Positions 11,570-21,990 of a stretch of 64,000 nt of DNA are shown one piece after another. A program made the translations under genes and the position numbers. A model generated the notes under the pieces. It was not told the origin of the DNA. It did no database searches and saw nothing but the letters and a program-made list of their open reading frames with translations. Source of the stretch: Alphaproteobacteria bacterium (lineage in GTDB: Bacteria > Pseudomonadota > Alphaproteobacteria > GCA-2746255); assembly GCA_965249135.1 (NCBI GenBank), contig OZ252220.1, positions 1,408,001 through 1,472,000 on the forward strand, in the 5' to 3' direction. Every line of letters starts with the position of its first letter. The stretch's first letter is position 1.

Positions 11570-11872
11570 CTAGTCTTCCTCGAACCGGTCGCGGACGAGC
11601 GTGCACAGAAACTCCAAGGCACGCTTTGCCTCCCGGCCTTTGGCGCGGATCTCGATCAACGTGCCCTGGCTTGCGGCAAGGGTCAAAAGCCCCATGATCG
11701 AAAGCCCGGATACGACGATCCCCCGCCTTGCGACAATCACCTCCGAATCGAAGCTTGCGGCGCAGCGGACAAACTTTGCCGCCGCCCTGGCATGCAATCC
11801 GCGTTTGTTTCGGATCTTGACCCGCCGGCGCAGAGACTTGCCTCTTCTTTTCCTCTGCGCCATGGGCGGCAT
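11570..11872 (-). CDS. ptsH: HPr/NPr phosphocarrier protein
   Basis: NKRGLHARAAAKFV (His15 motif), SIMGLLTL (Ser46 motif); start 11872 or 11863. Confidence 0.9.
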   Translation of the reverse strand: MPPMAQRKRRGKSLRRRVKIRNKRGLHARAAAKFVRCAASFDSEVIVARRGIVVSGLSIMGLLTLAASQGTLIEIRAKGREAKRALEFLCTLVRDRFEED

Positions 11873-11876
11873 CCTG

Positions 11877-12299
11877 TCACGCCTTCGCCTTCGTTTTCGC
11901 CTCTTCGGCGAGCAACTGCGAGGCAACGTTGATGTATTTGCGCCCCGCTTCCCGGGCGGCCGCCACCGCGGTTACGACATCGTCCTTGTCACGCCTGCTC
12001 GCAAGTTTGATCAGCATCGGCAAATTCAATCCGGCCACGACCTCGATCTTCGTACGCTCCATGATCGAGATCGCCAGATTTGACGGCGTACCGCCAAACA
12101 TGTCCGTCAAAATGACGACGCCATCTCCGGCATCTACGCTGGAAACTCCTTTCAGAATTTCCTTACGACGCTTTTCCATATCGTCATCCGGGTCGATACA
12201 AACGGTCCGGATTTGTTGCTGAGGTCCGACAATATGCTCAAGCGCTTTGACGAATTCGTCCGCCAAATGCCCATGCGTTACGAGTACGAGTCCGATCAT
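11877..12299 (-). CDS. PTS EIIA component, mannose/fructose type
   Basis: IGLVLVTHG, LTDMFGGTPSN, GLNLPMLIK. Confidence 0.93.
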   Translation of the reverse strand: MIGLVLVTHGHLADEFVKALEHIVGPQQQIRTVCIDPDDDMEKRRKEILKGVSSVDAGDGVVILTDMFGGTPSNLAISIMERTKIEVVAGLNLPMLIKLASRRDKDDVVTAVAAAREAGRKYINVASQLLAEEAKTKAKA

Positions 12300-12308
12300 C
12301 GAAGCCTC

Positions 12309-13229
12309 TTAAGAAGAACTTTCGGACAAACCGCCAAGATCCCGATGCCGAAGTGACACGCGCTTGCCCTGGCCTTCCAGCCAGTTACGAAGTTTTTCGG
12401 CAATGAAAACGGAGCGGTGTTTACCGCCCGTGCACCCAATCGCAATTGTGAGGTAGCTCTTCCCCTCTTCTTCAAAACGGGGAAGTAGTAAACCGAGCAT
12501 CTTCGTCAAGCTGTCGAAGAAGGAATCGAATCCAGGATCCGCCGAAATGTATTCGCCGACCTCCTTATCACGGCCGTTGAGCGGCTGCAACGCCGGGACA
12601 TAGTGCGGATTTTTGAGAAAGCGGACATCGAAAACGAGATCCGCTTCGCGGGGAAGGCCGTTCGCATAGGCAAAGGAGGTGACGAACAGCAGTGTTTCCG
12701 CTGCTTCTTCGCCGCCAAACGTCTCTTTCAGCAGATTGCGAAATTCCCAAGGCGAAAGCTTCGTCGTATTGAAGACAAAGTCCGCGCGTTCCCAGATGGC
12801 AGCAAGCAATTGACGCTCGTGGGCAATTCCGTCGAGCACCGGGCGTTCGCCCCCGACCGGATGGCGCCGGCGCGTTTCCTTATAACGGCGCACCAACGCC
12901 TCGTCCTCGCAGTCCAGAAAAAGAATCTGGAGAGTGAGGCCCTTGAACTCGCTCAAGGGTTTGATTTCTTCCAGGACGTTCTCGACATCGAAATCCCGCG
13001 TGCGAACGTCGATCCCCACTGCCAACGGGCGGGCGAAGCTCTCCGGTGAGTCAAGGAGTCGCCGAAGAAAGGAGAGCGGCAGGTTGTCGATCGCCTCGAA
13101 ACCGAAATCCTCGAGCGCATGCAGCGCCGTCGTGCGTCCCGCCCCGGAAAGTCCGGTCACCAACAGCACCCGTCGTGACGAAGACGAAGCCATGCTCACT
13201 GCGGCCCTTTCAGGCGGCGTAGCCCCCAT
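12309..13229 (-). CDS. rapZ: RNase adapter / P-loop protein RapZ (YvcJ family)
   Basis: VTGLSGAGRT, IDNLP, DVRFLKNPHY, IGCTGGKHRSV. Confidence 0.92.
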   Translation of the reverse strand: MGATPPERAAVSMASSSSRRVLLVTGLSGAGRTTALHALEDFGFEAIDNLPLSFLRRLLDSPESFARPLAVGIDVRTRDFDVENVLEEIKPLSEFKGLTLQILFLDCEDEALVRRYKETRRRHPVGGERPVLDGIAHERQLLAAIWERADFVFNTTKLSPWEFRNLLKETFGGEEAAETLLFVTSFAYANGLPREADLVFDVRFLKNPHYVPALQPLNGRDKEVGEYISADPGFDSFFDSLTKMLGLLLPRFEEEGKSYLTIAIGCTGGKHRSVFIAEKLRNWLEGQGKRVSLRHRDLGGLSESSS

Positions 13230-13650
13230 CCCAGTTTGCCATCATCGCATGGCGGAGCTTCGCCACCGCCGATGCCTCGAAGGGGGCCAGGAAAATCCGC
13301 GGAAGCGTGACGCCGAGATAGGTGCAATGGGCCGCCTTCGGGCTGCGTACGAGGTTTTCAGGCAAAACGAGATCGACGACGAGCACGAGCGGCGCTGCGG
13401 ACGCCGCCGCCACCTGCACGATGCCGATCCCGCGAATCTCGAGAAGACCGGCGATCGGCGGCGGTGACGAGGCAGTGAGCCTTCCCTTCCGCATGGCGAG
13501 GCAGGTCTGGTCATCCGCAATCAGCCCGGCCCCGGCCTCGACCAGGCGCAAGGCCAAATCGGACTTGCCGCTGCCAGACGGCCCGCGTAAGAGAAGGGCC
13601 GCCTGTTTCCAGGCGACCGAGGTGCCGTGGACTTGGATCATGCCGGCCAA
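13210..13650 (-). CDS. hprK: HPr kinase/phosphorylase (short alphaproteobacterial form)
   Basis: VHGTSV, GPSGSGKSDLAL, IADD, LEIRGIGI. Confidence 0.9.
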   Translation of the reverse strand: MAGMIQVHGTSVAWKQAALLLRGPSGSGKSDLALRLVEAGAGLIADDQTCLAMRKGRLTASSPPPIAGLLEIRGIGIVQVAAASAAPLVLVVDLVLPENLVRSPKAAHCTYLGVTLPRIFLAPFEASAVAKLRHAMMANWDGGYAA

Positions 13651-13683
13651 CCCAAAAGCCTTGTCTTCGCGTTCCCCTTAAAT

Positions 13684-14136
13684 TCAGGGACCGCTGGCGT
13701 CCAGCGCCTTGATGGGAACCTGAAGCGACCACTCGGGCGATTTTTCAAATTTCAGCACGATCGTGAGCATGCTGCCCTCGGTCAAGGGCTTCGTCAGGTC
13801 GATCAGCATGAGATGGAGGCCACCGGGCGCAAGCGTCACCGCATCCCGCTTGGGGATGGGAATGGTGTCCAATGCATTCATCTTCATGACATCGCCGTCC
13901 TTCTCGGTGTCATGTAAGGCGACGCTGGCGGCCTCGTACGTCCTCACACCAACCAGTTTGTCGTGGCCGGCGCCGGTGTTCTTAAGGTGAAAATAGACGG
14001 CCGCCGTGGTGGCGCCTTTGGCGGTTGCCGGCGCCCAGGCACCCGAGACCGTAACCCTCGGGTCGCCTTTTTCTTCGCAGGCTACAATAGTGAGCAGGAT
14101 CACGAAGCAAGCAAAGACAAAATAGGGTTTGGCCAT
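13684..14136 (-). CDS. Copper chaperone PCu(A)C family lipoprotein
   Basis: Lipobox-like IVAC; LHDT...DVMKM...PGGLHLML copper motif. Confidence 0.88.
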   Translation of the reverse strand: MAKPYFVFACFVILLTIVACEEKGDPRVTVSGAWAPATAKGATTAAVYFHLKNTGAGHDKLVGVRTYEAASVALHDTEKDGDVMKMNALDTIPIPKRDAVTLAPGGLHLMLIDLTKPLTEGSMLTIVLKFEKSPEWSLQVPIKALDASGP

Positions 14137-14421
14137 CGACAGGGCTCCTTTTAAGCAGGAAGACGAAAAAAGCACATCCAACGGTGAATTCAGGGCTCCA
14201 TCTAGCCACGATCTGGCCCCGGAAGGAAGCCCGCTTGAAGGTGGCAAAAAAATCCTCCGGCGTCGACCCTAAAAGCCGCAGAAAAGCTGGGGTCCATGCC
14301 CCGCCACCCGATTGATTTGAAGGCCCGCTTCCGGCATGATAGGCACCTCGAAAAGAGGGGCCGGCGGGGACGCAAAGGCCCCCGAAGCCTCGAAAAACAC
14401 TGGCCCAAACGGGGAACAGCG

Positions 14422-16029
14422 TTGCAGCAAACCGGACCTGTGCAAAGCGACCATGGACTTAAGCACCATGGCATCCAGAACGTGACCGCCGTTCACTGGA
14501 ATTACGCAACCCCGACCCTATACGAAGAAGCGATCAGGCGCGGCGAAGGCGTGCTCGCCTTCGGTGGGACGCTGATCTCCCATACCGGGGTCCACACGGG
14601 TCGCTCGCCGAGCGACAAGTTCTTCACGAAAGAGCCCGGGTCGGATGGAAACATCGACTGGGGCAAGGTCAACCGGCCCATCGACCAAGCGCAATGCGAG
14701 GCGCTTCACAAGCGCATGCTCGCCTATTTCGAAGGCCAGGAGTTGTTCGTTCAGGACTGCTACGCCGGCACGGATCCGGCCTTCCAGTTGCACGTCCGCG
14801 TGGTGACGGAGACGGCCTGGCACAGCCTTTTCGCCCGTAACATGTTCATCCAGCCCACCGGCGACGAGCTTCGCAACTTCGTTCCCCAATTCACCATCCT
14901 GCACGCGCCGAACTTCCAGGCGGTACCCGACATCGACGGGACGAATTCGGAAGTCTTCATCATCGTCGATTTTTCGAAGCAGATGATTCTGATCGGCGGC
15001 ACGAGCTATGCCGGTGAAATCAAGAAATCCGTCTTTAGCATCCTGAACTACCTGTTGCCGGAACGTGGCGTGCTGCCGATGCACTGCTCGGCGAATATCG
15101 GGCCCGAAGGCGATACGGCGGTCTTCTTCGGCCTGTCCGGCACCGGCAAGACGACCCTTTCGGCAGACGCGAAGCGCACCCTTATCGGCGACGACGAGCA
15201 TGGCTGGGGCGACAACGGCGTCTTCAACTTCGAGGGCGGCTGCTATGCGAAGGTGATCCGCCTGAGCCCGACGGCAGAGCCGGAAATCTTCGCCACGACC
15301 CGGCGTTTCGGCACCATCCTGGAGAACGTCATCTTCGATGAAGGAACCCGCACGCTCGACCTGGATGACGCGACGCTCACCGAAAACACGCGCGCCTCCT
15401 ATCCGATCAACTTCATCCCGAACGCCAGCGAGGAAGGGGTCGGAGGCCATCCGAAGACGATCATCATGTTGACGGCGGACGCCTTCGGCGTGCTGCCGCC
15501 GATCAGTCACCTTTCACCGGAACAGGCGATGTACCACTTCCTTTCCGGCTATACGGCGCGCATCGCCGACACCGAGAAGGGCCTAGGCGCGGAGCCCCAG
15601 GCGACTTTCTCGACCTGTTTCGGCGCGCCTTTCATGCCGCGCCATCCAACCGTCTATGCGAAGCTGCTGCGCGACAAGATCGCCAAGCACAAGGTGAATT
15701 GCTGGCTCGTGAACACGGGCTGGAGCGGCGGCTCTTACGGCGTCGGCGAGCGCATGAAGATCGGCCACACCCGCGCCATGGTCCATGCCGCGCTTGACGG
15801 CCAGCTCAATGACGTCGCCCTACACAAGGACCCGAATTTCGGTCTCCACATTCCAAAGAACTGCCCGAACGTGCCGGACGAGGTGTTGAACCCCCGGCAC
15901 ACCTGGCAGGACAAGCAAGCTTACGACTCCGCGGCCCGGGACTTAACGCAACGGTTCGAAAAAAACTTCAAGCAGTTCGAAAGCCACGTCGACGAAAAGG
16001 TGAAAGCAGTTTCGATCCGCGCGGCTTAA
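14422..16029 (+). CDS. pckA: Phosphoenolpyruvate carboxykinase (ATP)
   Basis: TGRSPSDK, YAGEIKK, GLSGTGKTTLS, IGDDEHGW, NFEGGCYAK; TTG start inferred from upstream GGGGAA. Confidence 0.97.
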   Translation: MQQTGPVQSDHGLKHHGIQNVTAVHWNYATPTLYEEAIRRGEGVLAFGGTLISHTGVHTGRSPSDKFFTKEPGSDGNIDWGKVNRPIDQAQCEALHKRMLAYFEGQELFVQDCYAGTDPAFQLHVRVVTETAWHSLFARNMFIQPTGDELRNFVPQFTILHAPNFQAVPDIDGTNSEVFIIVDFSKQMILIGGTSYAGEIKKSVFSILNYLLPERGVLPMHCSANIGPEGDTAVFFGLSGTGKTTLSADAKRTLIGDDEHGWGDNGVFNFEGGCYAKVIRLSPTAEPEIFATTRRFGTILENVIFDEGTRTLDLDDATLTENTRASYPINFIPNASEEGVGGHPKTIIMLTADAFGVLPPISHLSPEQAMYHFLSGYTARIADTEKGLGAEPQATFSTCFGAPFMPRHPTVYAKLLRDKIAKHKVNCWLVNTGWSGGSYGVGERMKIGHTRAMVHAALDGQLNDVALHKDPNFGLHIPKNCPNVPDEVLNPRHTWQDKQAYDSAARDLTQRFEKNFKQFESHVDEKVKAVSIRAA

Positions 16030-16067
16030 GAACGACCCTTCAGGTCTTCGGGGAGGAGACAGAAGGC

Positions 16068-16098
16068 AAGCCGGCCCCCAAGGGGGGCCGGCTTTTTT
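16068..16098 (+). terminator. Rho-independent terminator between convergent pckA and polA
   Basis: AAGCCGGCCCCC...GGGGGCCGGCTT hairpin followed by T tract. Confidence 0.85.
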
Positions 16099-18871
16099 AG
16101 TGCGCGTCCGCCCAGTTGGCGGCGGCGTTCGTTTCCACGACGATCGGCACGGAAAGGGCAAGTTTGGGCGCGGTTGCTCTTTCCATCACCCGGGTGACGA
16201 GGGCGGCCGTCGCCTCGACTTCCGCGCTTGGCACCTCGAAGACGAGTTCGTCATGGACCTGCAACAGCATGCGGGCCGCAAGCTTCGCATCTATCAAGGC
16301 TTCCGGCATGCGGATCATCGCGCGCTTGATGATGTCGGCAGCCGTGCCCTGAAGGGGCGCGTTGATGGCGGCGCGCTCGGAGAAGTTCCGCCGCGCCGGG
16401 TTCTTGTCCTTGATGCCGGGCACGAAGCAACGCCGTCCGAATAAGGTCGTGACGAAACCATGGTTCCGGGCGAACACCTTCGTCGCCTCCATGTAGTCGC
16501 GGATGCCGGGGTAGCGTTCGAAATAGGCCTCGATATAGGCCGCAGCCTCCTTTTGCGGAATGCCGAGCTGGCGGGCAAGGCCGAACGGGCTGATCCCGTA
16601 GATGATCCCGAAATTGATCGCCTTCGCCTGGCGGCGGACCATCGGGTCCATGCCCTTGATCGGCACCCCGAAGACCTGGGAGGCGGTCAGCGCATGAATG
16701 TCGACGCCTTCGTGGAAGGCCTCGCGGAGCGTCTCGATCTCAGCCATCTCGGCGAGGAGGCGCAGTTCGATCTGCGAATAGTCGGCGGAAAGCAGCTTCA
16801 TGCCCTTCTCGGCCACGAAGGCCTTGCGGATCTTGCGGCCCTCTTCCGTGCGAACCGGAATGTTCTGGAGGTTCGGATCCGAAGAGGCGAGCCTTCCCGT
16901 CGAGGTCGCCGCCATCGCATAGGACGTATGGACGCGACCCGTCTCCGGGTGGATCTGTTCGGTCAACGCATCCGTATAGGTGCTTTTCAGTTTCGCGATC
17001 TGCCGCCAGTCGAGGACGAGGGCGGGAAGCGCGTGGCCCTCGGCCGCCAGACCTTCGAGCACGTCCGCCCCGGTGCCGTAAGCTCCGGTCTTTCCCTTCC
17101 TGCCACCTTCAAGGCTCATCTCGTCGAAAAGAACCTCGCCAAGCTGTTTCGGCGAGGCGATGTTGAAGGGATGACCCGCGGATTTGTGGATCTTCGTTGC
17201 CAACCCATCCAAGCGCTCCGCGAATTCCGCACTTAGTTTCCGAAGCTGCGTCTTGTCGACGCGGATGCCGGTGCGTTCCATCTCGACCAGAACCGGAACC
17301 AGCGGGCGTTCGAGCGTTTCATAGACCGCCGTCACGTGGGCTTCCGCGAGCCTCGGCTTCAAGAGCCGATGCAGCCTGCCGGTGACGTCGGCGTCTTCGG
17401 CCGCATATTCGCAAGCCTTCTCAAGCGGCACTTCATCGAAGCGGATCTGCTTTTTCCCGCTTCCCGCCACCTCCTTGAACGTAATCGTCTCGATACCGAG
17501 ATGGAGGCGGGCCAACTCGTCCATGCCGTGGCCGTGCAAACCGCCCTCGAGCGCATAGGAAATCAGCATCGTGTCGTCGAAGGGGCTGATCCGAATGTCA
17601 TAGCGCGCCATCACGACCATGTCGTATTTCAGATGCTGGCCGACTTTCAGCACGCTTTCGTCCTCGAGAAGCGGCTTTATGAGCTTGAGCGCCTTTGGAA
17701 AGTCGATCTGGGAAGGCGTCTTGACCGCCCCAACGTCGCGCTCACCGTCGAGGTCGAGCGTCTCTGCCGGAAGGCTGCGGTGAGCCAACGGCACATAACA
17801 GGCCTCGCCCCCGTTAACGGAAAGCGAAAAGCCGACGAGTTCGGCCTGGGTCGCATCGAGACCCGTCGTCTCCGTATCGAAGGCGACGACGCCCGCCTCG
17901 TGGGCCGCCGCGACCCAGGCTTCGAGCCGGTCCAGGCTTTGCACGAGTTCGTAGGCGTGATCCCCGGCTTCCTTGGGTGCCGCGACACCCGGCACGGCGC
18001 CCGGCTTGAGGCGGCTTATCTGACGCGTGACCAGGCGTTTAAAGCCCTGTTCTTCTAGGAATCTCAACAGCTTTTCCGGATCCGGCGGCTTCACCTTGAA
18101 GGCGGCAAGCGCTACCGGGACTTTGACGTCGCGCTTCAACGTGACGAGCTCGCGCGAGATGCGGGCAAGGTCTGCGTTTTCCTTCAGGCGTTCGCGCCGC
18201 TTAGGCTGCTTGATGTCGTCTGCGTGGGCCAGCAGGTTTTCGAGGTCTCCGTATTCCCGGACCAGCTCGGCGGCCGTTTTTATGCCGATCCCCGGCACGC
18301 CCGGCACGTTGTCCGTCGAATCGCCCGCCAGCGCCTGCACCTCGATCACTTGGTCGGGCCCGACGCCGAACTTTTCCTCCACTTCTTTTCGTCCGATCGT
18401 GCGGTTCCGCATCGAATCGAACATCGTGACCTTCTCATTCACGAGTTGCATGAGGTCCTTGTCGGAGGAAACGATCGTGACTTCCGCCCCTTCGTCCGCG
18501 GCAAGGCGCGCATAGGTCGCGATCAAATCGTCCGCCTCATAGCCTTTCAACTCGACCGCCGGAAGATCGAAGGCTTCCGTCGCCTCGCGAATCAACGCGA
18601 ATTGGGGGATGAGGTCTTCCGGCGTCTCAGGGCGGTTTGCCTTGTAGTCTGGATAGATGTCGTTGCGAAAAGTGACCCGGTCCGTATCGAAGATGACGGC
18701 GATGTGGTCGGCGTCGGTGTCGTCGACTAACTTCATCAGCATCTGGGTGAAGCCGAAGACGGCGCCGACGGGCGTTCCGTCCGGACGGGTGAAGGACGGC
18801 AGCGCATGATAGGCGCGGAATATGAATCCGGAACCATCGACCAGGAAAACGTGCTTGGGAGCCTTGCTCAA
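16097..18871 (-). CDS. polA: DNA polymerase I
   Basis: LVDGSGFIFRAYHA, FDTETT exonuclease motif, ADYSQIELR, AKAINFGIIYG, LQVHDEL. Confidence 0.98.
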   Translation of the reverse strand: MSKAPKHVFLVDGSGFIFRAYHALPSFTRPDGTPVGAVFGFTQMLMKLVDDTDADHIAVIFDTDRVTFRNDIYPDYKANRPETPEDLIPQFALIREATEAFDLPAVELKGYEADDLIATYARLAADEGAEVTIVSSDKDLMQLVNEKVTMFDSMRNRTIGRKEVEEKFGVGPDQVIEVQALAGDSTDNVPGVPGIGIKTAAELVREYGDLENLLAHADDIKQPKRRERLKENADLARISRELVTLKRDVKVPVALAAFKVKPPDPEKLLRFLEEQGFKRLVTRQISRLKPGAVPGVAAPKEAGDHAYELVQSLDRLEAWVAAAHEAGVVAFDTETTGLDATQAELVGFSLSVNGGEACYVPLAHRSLPAETLDLDGERDVGAVKTPSQIDFPKALKLIKPLLEDESVLKVGQHLKYDMVVMARYDIRISPFDDTMLISYALEGGLHGHGMDELARLHLGIETITFKEVAGSGKKQIRFDEVPLEKACEYAAEDADVTGRLHRLLKPRLAEAHVTAVYETLERPLVPVLVEMERTGIRVDKTQLRKLSAEFAERLDGLATKIHKSAGHPFNIASPKQLGEVLFDEMSLEGGRKGKTGAYGTGADVLEGLAAEGHALPALVLDWRQIAKLKSTYTDALTEQIHPETGRVHTSYAMAATSTGRLASSDPNLQNIPVRTEEGRKIRKAFVAEKGMKLLSADYSQIELRLLAEMAEIETLREAFHEGVDIHALTASQVFGVPIKGMDPMVRRQAKAINFGIIYGISPFGLARQLGIPQKEAAAYIEAYFERYPGIRDYMEATKVFARNHGFVTTLFGRRCFVPGIKDKNPARRNFSERAAINAPLQGTAADIIKRAMIRMPEALIDAKLAARMLLQVHDELVFEVPSAEVEATAALVTRVMERATAPKLALSVPIVVETNAAANWADAH

Positions 18872-18889
18872 GACTTCGTGCTTTCCGAT

Positions 18890-19048
18890 CTAACCCTTCG
18901 GTTTCAGAACGTAATGGCGCGAGCAATAGGGACAGACGACCTCGCCCCGGTCTTCCATGTCGAGAAAAACGCGGGGGTGTCCCGCCGCCCCACCGCCGCC
19001 GTCGCACGCCACGACGAGTTCGTCAGCCTCAATGGTTTCGTCTTCCAT
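18890..19048 (-). CDS. Small zinc-finger protein (zf-CHCC type), 52 aa
   Basis: MEDETIEADELVVACDGGGGAAGHPRVFL...VVCPYC; it is the 3' end of a spurious long ORF. Confidence 0.85.
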   Translation of the reverse strand: MEDETIEADELVVACDGGGGAAGHPRVFLDMEDRGEVVCPYCSRHYVLKPKG

Positions 19049-19062
19049 CTTCCTGCTCTTCT

Positions 19063-19104
19063 CTTGATCCCGTGGCCTTGATCCCATGGCCTTGATCCCG
19101 TAGG
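19063..19104. repeat. Imperfect tandem repeat, 3 x 14 bp CTTGATCCCRTRGS
   Basis: cttgatcccgtggc cttgatcccatggc cttgatcccgtagg in a divergent intergenic region. Confidence 0.85.
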
Positions 19105-19162
19105 CGTTTCGACGGATGATACCGATTGGAAGCCGACAATCAACTACCAGCCCAATCGACGC

Positions 19163-20167
19163 ATGCGGATGGACACACCGACCGAAGGAACGGCGGCACC
19201 CAGGCTTACCGAAAACGCCATAGAAATCCGCGGCCTCAAGAAAGTCTACGGCGGCAACGGGCGCAAGGGCGGGGTGCTGGCGCTCGAGAATTTCGACCTC
19301 GCGATCCCGCGCGGCGCCTTCTTCGGTCTGCTGGGCCCGAACGGAGCCGGAAAATCGACGCTGATCAACATCCTGGCCGGGCTCGCCGTGAAGACGGCCG
19401 GCCAGGTGACGGTGTGGGGCTTTGACCTCGACCGGGAGCCGCGATTCGTGCGTGCCTCGATCGGCGCCGTGCCCCAGGAGCTCAACATCGATCCTTTCTT
19501 CACGCCGCGGGAGGCGCTGGAGGTCCAGGCCGGATTCTACGGCATGCCTAGGTCTGAGCGGCGGACGGACGAAATCTTGCGCGCGCTCCATCTGGCGGAC
19601 AAGGCGGATGCGTATGCGCGCGGTCTTTCCGGTGGCATGCGTAGGCGCCTTTTGATCGCGAAGGCGATGGTGCATTCGCCACCCATCCTGGTCCTCGACG
19701 AGCCGTCGGCGGGCATCGACGTCGAGCTTCGCCAGCAGCTCTGGGACCTGATCCGCGAATTGAACGCCAAGGGCACGACGGTGCTGTTGACCACCCACTA
19801 TTTGGAAGAAGCCGAACAGCTTTGCGATCAGATCGCCATCATCCATGAGGGCCGGCTCGTCGCCTGCGACAGGACCGAAGCGTTGCTTCGCCGGATAGAC
19901 AAGCGGGAAATCGCCATCATCGTGGCCGAGGATCTTACCCGGGTGCCGGACGCGCTGAACCGGTTCCGTGTCACCCTTCGTCCGCCGCGCTCTCTCTTCT
20001 TCGGTTTCCGCACGAGCGAGACCGGCATCGTCGAGATCCTGGAAAGCGTGCGCAAGGCGGGACTCACGGTCACCGACCTTTCGACGAAGGAAGGCGATTT
20101 GCAGGACCTTTTCCTGCAGCTCACGCAAAGTTCCAAAGGAAAGAGCGAAGAGGCGGAGGCCGGGTGA
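19163..20167 (+). CDS. ABC transporter ATP-binding protein (YadG-like)
   Basis: GPNGAGKST, LSGGMRRR, LDEP, TTHYLEEAE. Confidence 0.9.
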   Translation: MRMDTPTEGTAAPRLTENAIEIRGLKKVYGGNGRKGGVLALENFDLAIPRGAFFGLLGPNGAGKSTLINILAGLAVKTAGQVTVWGFDLDREPRFVRASIGAVPQELNIDPFFTPREALEVQAGFYGMPRSERRTDEILRALHLADKADAYARGLSGGMRRRLLIAKAMVHSPPILVLDEPSAGIDVELRQQLWDLIRELNAKGTTVLLTTHYLEEAEQLCDQIAIIHEGRLVACDRTEALLRRIDKREIAIIVAEDLTRVPDALNRFRVTLRPPRSLFFGFRTSETGIVEILESVRKAGLTVTDLSTKEGDLQDLFLQLTQSSKGKSEEAEAG

Positions 20168-21153
20168 TGCGAAGGCGCACCCTCGCCATCCTGATCTTGC
20201 TGGCTGCGGCCTGCGCGCCGCTGGTGAAAAGCGCCGGGCCCGAACGGGTCGAACCTCAGCTGCTCGCCGAGGCCGTGCGCATGGCGGACGGCGTCGAGCT
20301 CAGGCTCGCCCGCTTCTTCCCCGAAGAAGGCGAGCCACGGGCGATCTTGCTGGCGCTGCATGGCTACAACGACTACCGGAACGCCTTCGCCGATCCGGCG
20401 GTGCATCTGAACGAAGCGGGAATCGCGATCTATGCCTATGACCAGCGAGGATTCGGCGGGAGCCCAAGCCGCGGCTTCTGGCCAGGCACGCGCGCATTGA
20501 CGGAAGACCTAAGAACCGCAGCCGCACTTGTTCGTAACGCACATCCCAAGACGCCGCTTTACTTGCTCGGGAATTCCATGGGCGGCGCCGTGCTGCTCAT
20601 CGCCATGGCCGAATCCCCCATCGATGCAGACGGCATCATTCTTGCCGCACCCGCCGTGCGCTCGCGCGATACGATGTTCTTCTTCACGCCGGTGAGCCTT
20701 TGGATCGCCGCCCACACGATCCCCTGGGTGAAACTCACCGGCCGCGACCTCGACATCCGCCCCTCTGACAATGTCGCGATGCTGAAGAAACTGGGCCGAG
20801 ATCCCCATATCCTGAAGGAAAGCCGGATCGACGCGCTCTATGGGCTCGTCAATCTGATGGACGCGGCACTGGCGGCGACGCCCCGGGTCCAGGCGCCGGC
20901 CCTTCTTCTTTATGGAAAGAAGGACAAATTGATCCCGAACGACGTCTTTCGGGCGATGCTGGAGAGGCTGCCCAGCCCAAGGCCGGAGGATTTAAAGATC
21001 GCCATCTATGGGGAAGGCTTCCACATGCTCTTACGCGACCTTAAGGCTGCGATCGTGCTCGAAGACGTCGTCGCCTGGATCAAGGATCGGGAGACAGCGC
21101 TTCCTTCCGGCGCGGAAGGCACCGTCACGGCCTGGATCGAGAACGGCGAATGA
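20164..21153 (+). CDS. Alpha/beta hydrolase, lysophospholipase-like lipoprotein
   Basis: LAAAC lipobox, LHGYND, DQRGFG, GNSMGG nucleophile elbow, HMLLRD. Confidence 0.88.
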   Translation: MMRRRTLAILILLAAACAPLVKSAGPERVEPQLLAEAVRMADGVELRLARFFPEEGEPRAILLALHGYNDYRNAFADPAVHLNEAGIAIYAYDQRGFGGSPSRGFWPGTRALTEDLRTAAALVRNAHPKTPLYLLGNSMGGAVLLIAMAESPIDADGIILAAPAVRSRDTMFFFTPVSLWIAAHTIPWVKLTGRDLDIRPSDNVAMLKKLGRDPHILKESRIDALYGLVNLMDAALAATPRVQAPALLLYGKKDKLIPNDVFRAMLERLPSPRPEDLKIAIYGEGFHMLLRDLKAAIVLEDVVAWIKDRETALPSGAEGTVTAWIENGE

Positions 21154-21192
21154 GGTAGGGTTTTCGCCGGTCTTAAAGCAGCGAGGCCTTAA

Positions 21193-21269
<77 letters not shown>

Positions 21270-21302
21270 GCGCTTCAAGCTTAAACGCTACTCTTTACGT
21301 CT

Positions 21303-21896
21303 TTACTCAAACCGGCCGCACTCGCGCGCGCCCTCGCCCCAGAAGTCTGTGCACTGGGCCTTCGTCATCTCGCCCTTGCCCTTGATCTTCGCGATCACGT
21401 AAGCCGCGACGCGGGCGATGTCGGGCTCGCGGAGACGCTTCGCCGGCTTCGGCGGCCTGTCTGGCCCAAGCTCGTCCCACGTCATCCCGAAGCAGTCGTA
21501 GCCCTTGTAGGCCTTGCGGTGAAAGGCCGGCATGCCGGTGCCGGGCCGGCCGCAGGCGACGACCTCAACGATCTGATCAACGTCGAGGATGGTCTCGCGG
21601 AGCGAGGGCGCCGCACCGCCGTAGCTGCCGCCGCCGCCGCCATGCCATTTGTGGCAGCCGACGCAGTTCGCCTGTCTGTAGACATGCTTGCCGCGGGCAA
21701 GTTCATCCGGGCCTTCGCCCTCGATCTTCGGCGCACGACCCACGGCAGGTCCCGCCGCCAGCTGTTCCGCCGTCTCAATCGGTGTGGCTTCGTGCGAATT
21801 TGCCGGCTCCAGCTTGCCGCCGAGCCAAAGCGCCAACAGCATGCCGCAGGCCAGCAACACGGCAATCAGCGAAGGGACGAAGGTCTTCGGGTTCAT
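21303..21896 (-). CDS. Monoheme c-type cytochrome, probable electron acceptor of the adjacent PQQ dehydrogenase
   Basis: N-terminal hydrophobic segment, CVGCH heme motif, GMPAF axial Met; co-oriented downstream of the PQQ enzyme. Confidence 0.85.
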   Translation of the reverse strand: MNPKTFVPSLIAVLLACGMLLALWLGGKLEPANSHEATPIETAEQLAAGPAVGRAPKIEGEGPDELARGKHVYRQANCVGCHKWHGGGGGSYGGAAPSLRETILDVDQIVEVVACGRPGTGMPAFHRKAYKGYDCFGMTWDELGPDRPPKPAKRLREPDIARVAAYVIAKIKGKGEMTKAQCTDFWGEGARECGRFE

Positions 21897-21990
21897 GGCA
21901 GGGCTAGCATACCACGCGCGAGAAAGGGTAAGGGGATACCCCGCCAGTCCCGGCGGAGCACCTTATCCTCCCTAAACTTCGATGGTTTTC

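Noticed and set aside
18890-20128. 412-aa minus-strand ORF and many other long antisense ORFs (e.g. 8939-10120, 24460-25665, 41889-43244, 62148-63635)
   Set aside because: Shadow ORFs of real genes in high-GC DNA; only the last 52 codons of this one form a recognisable protein.
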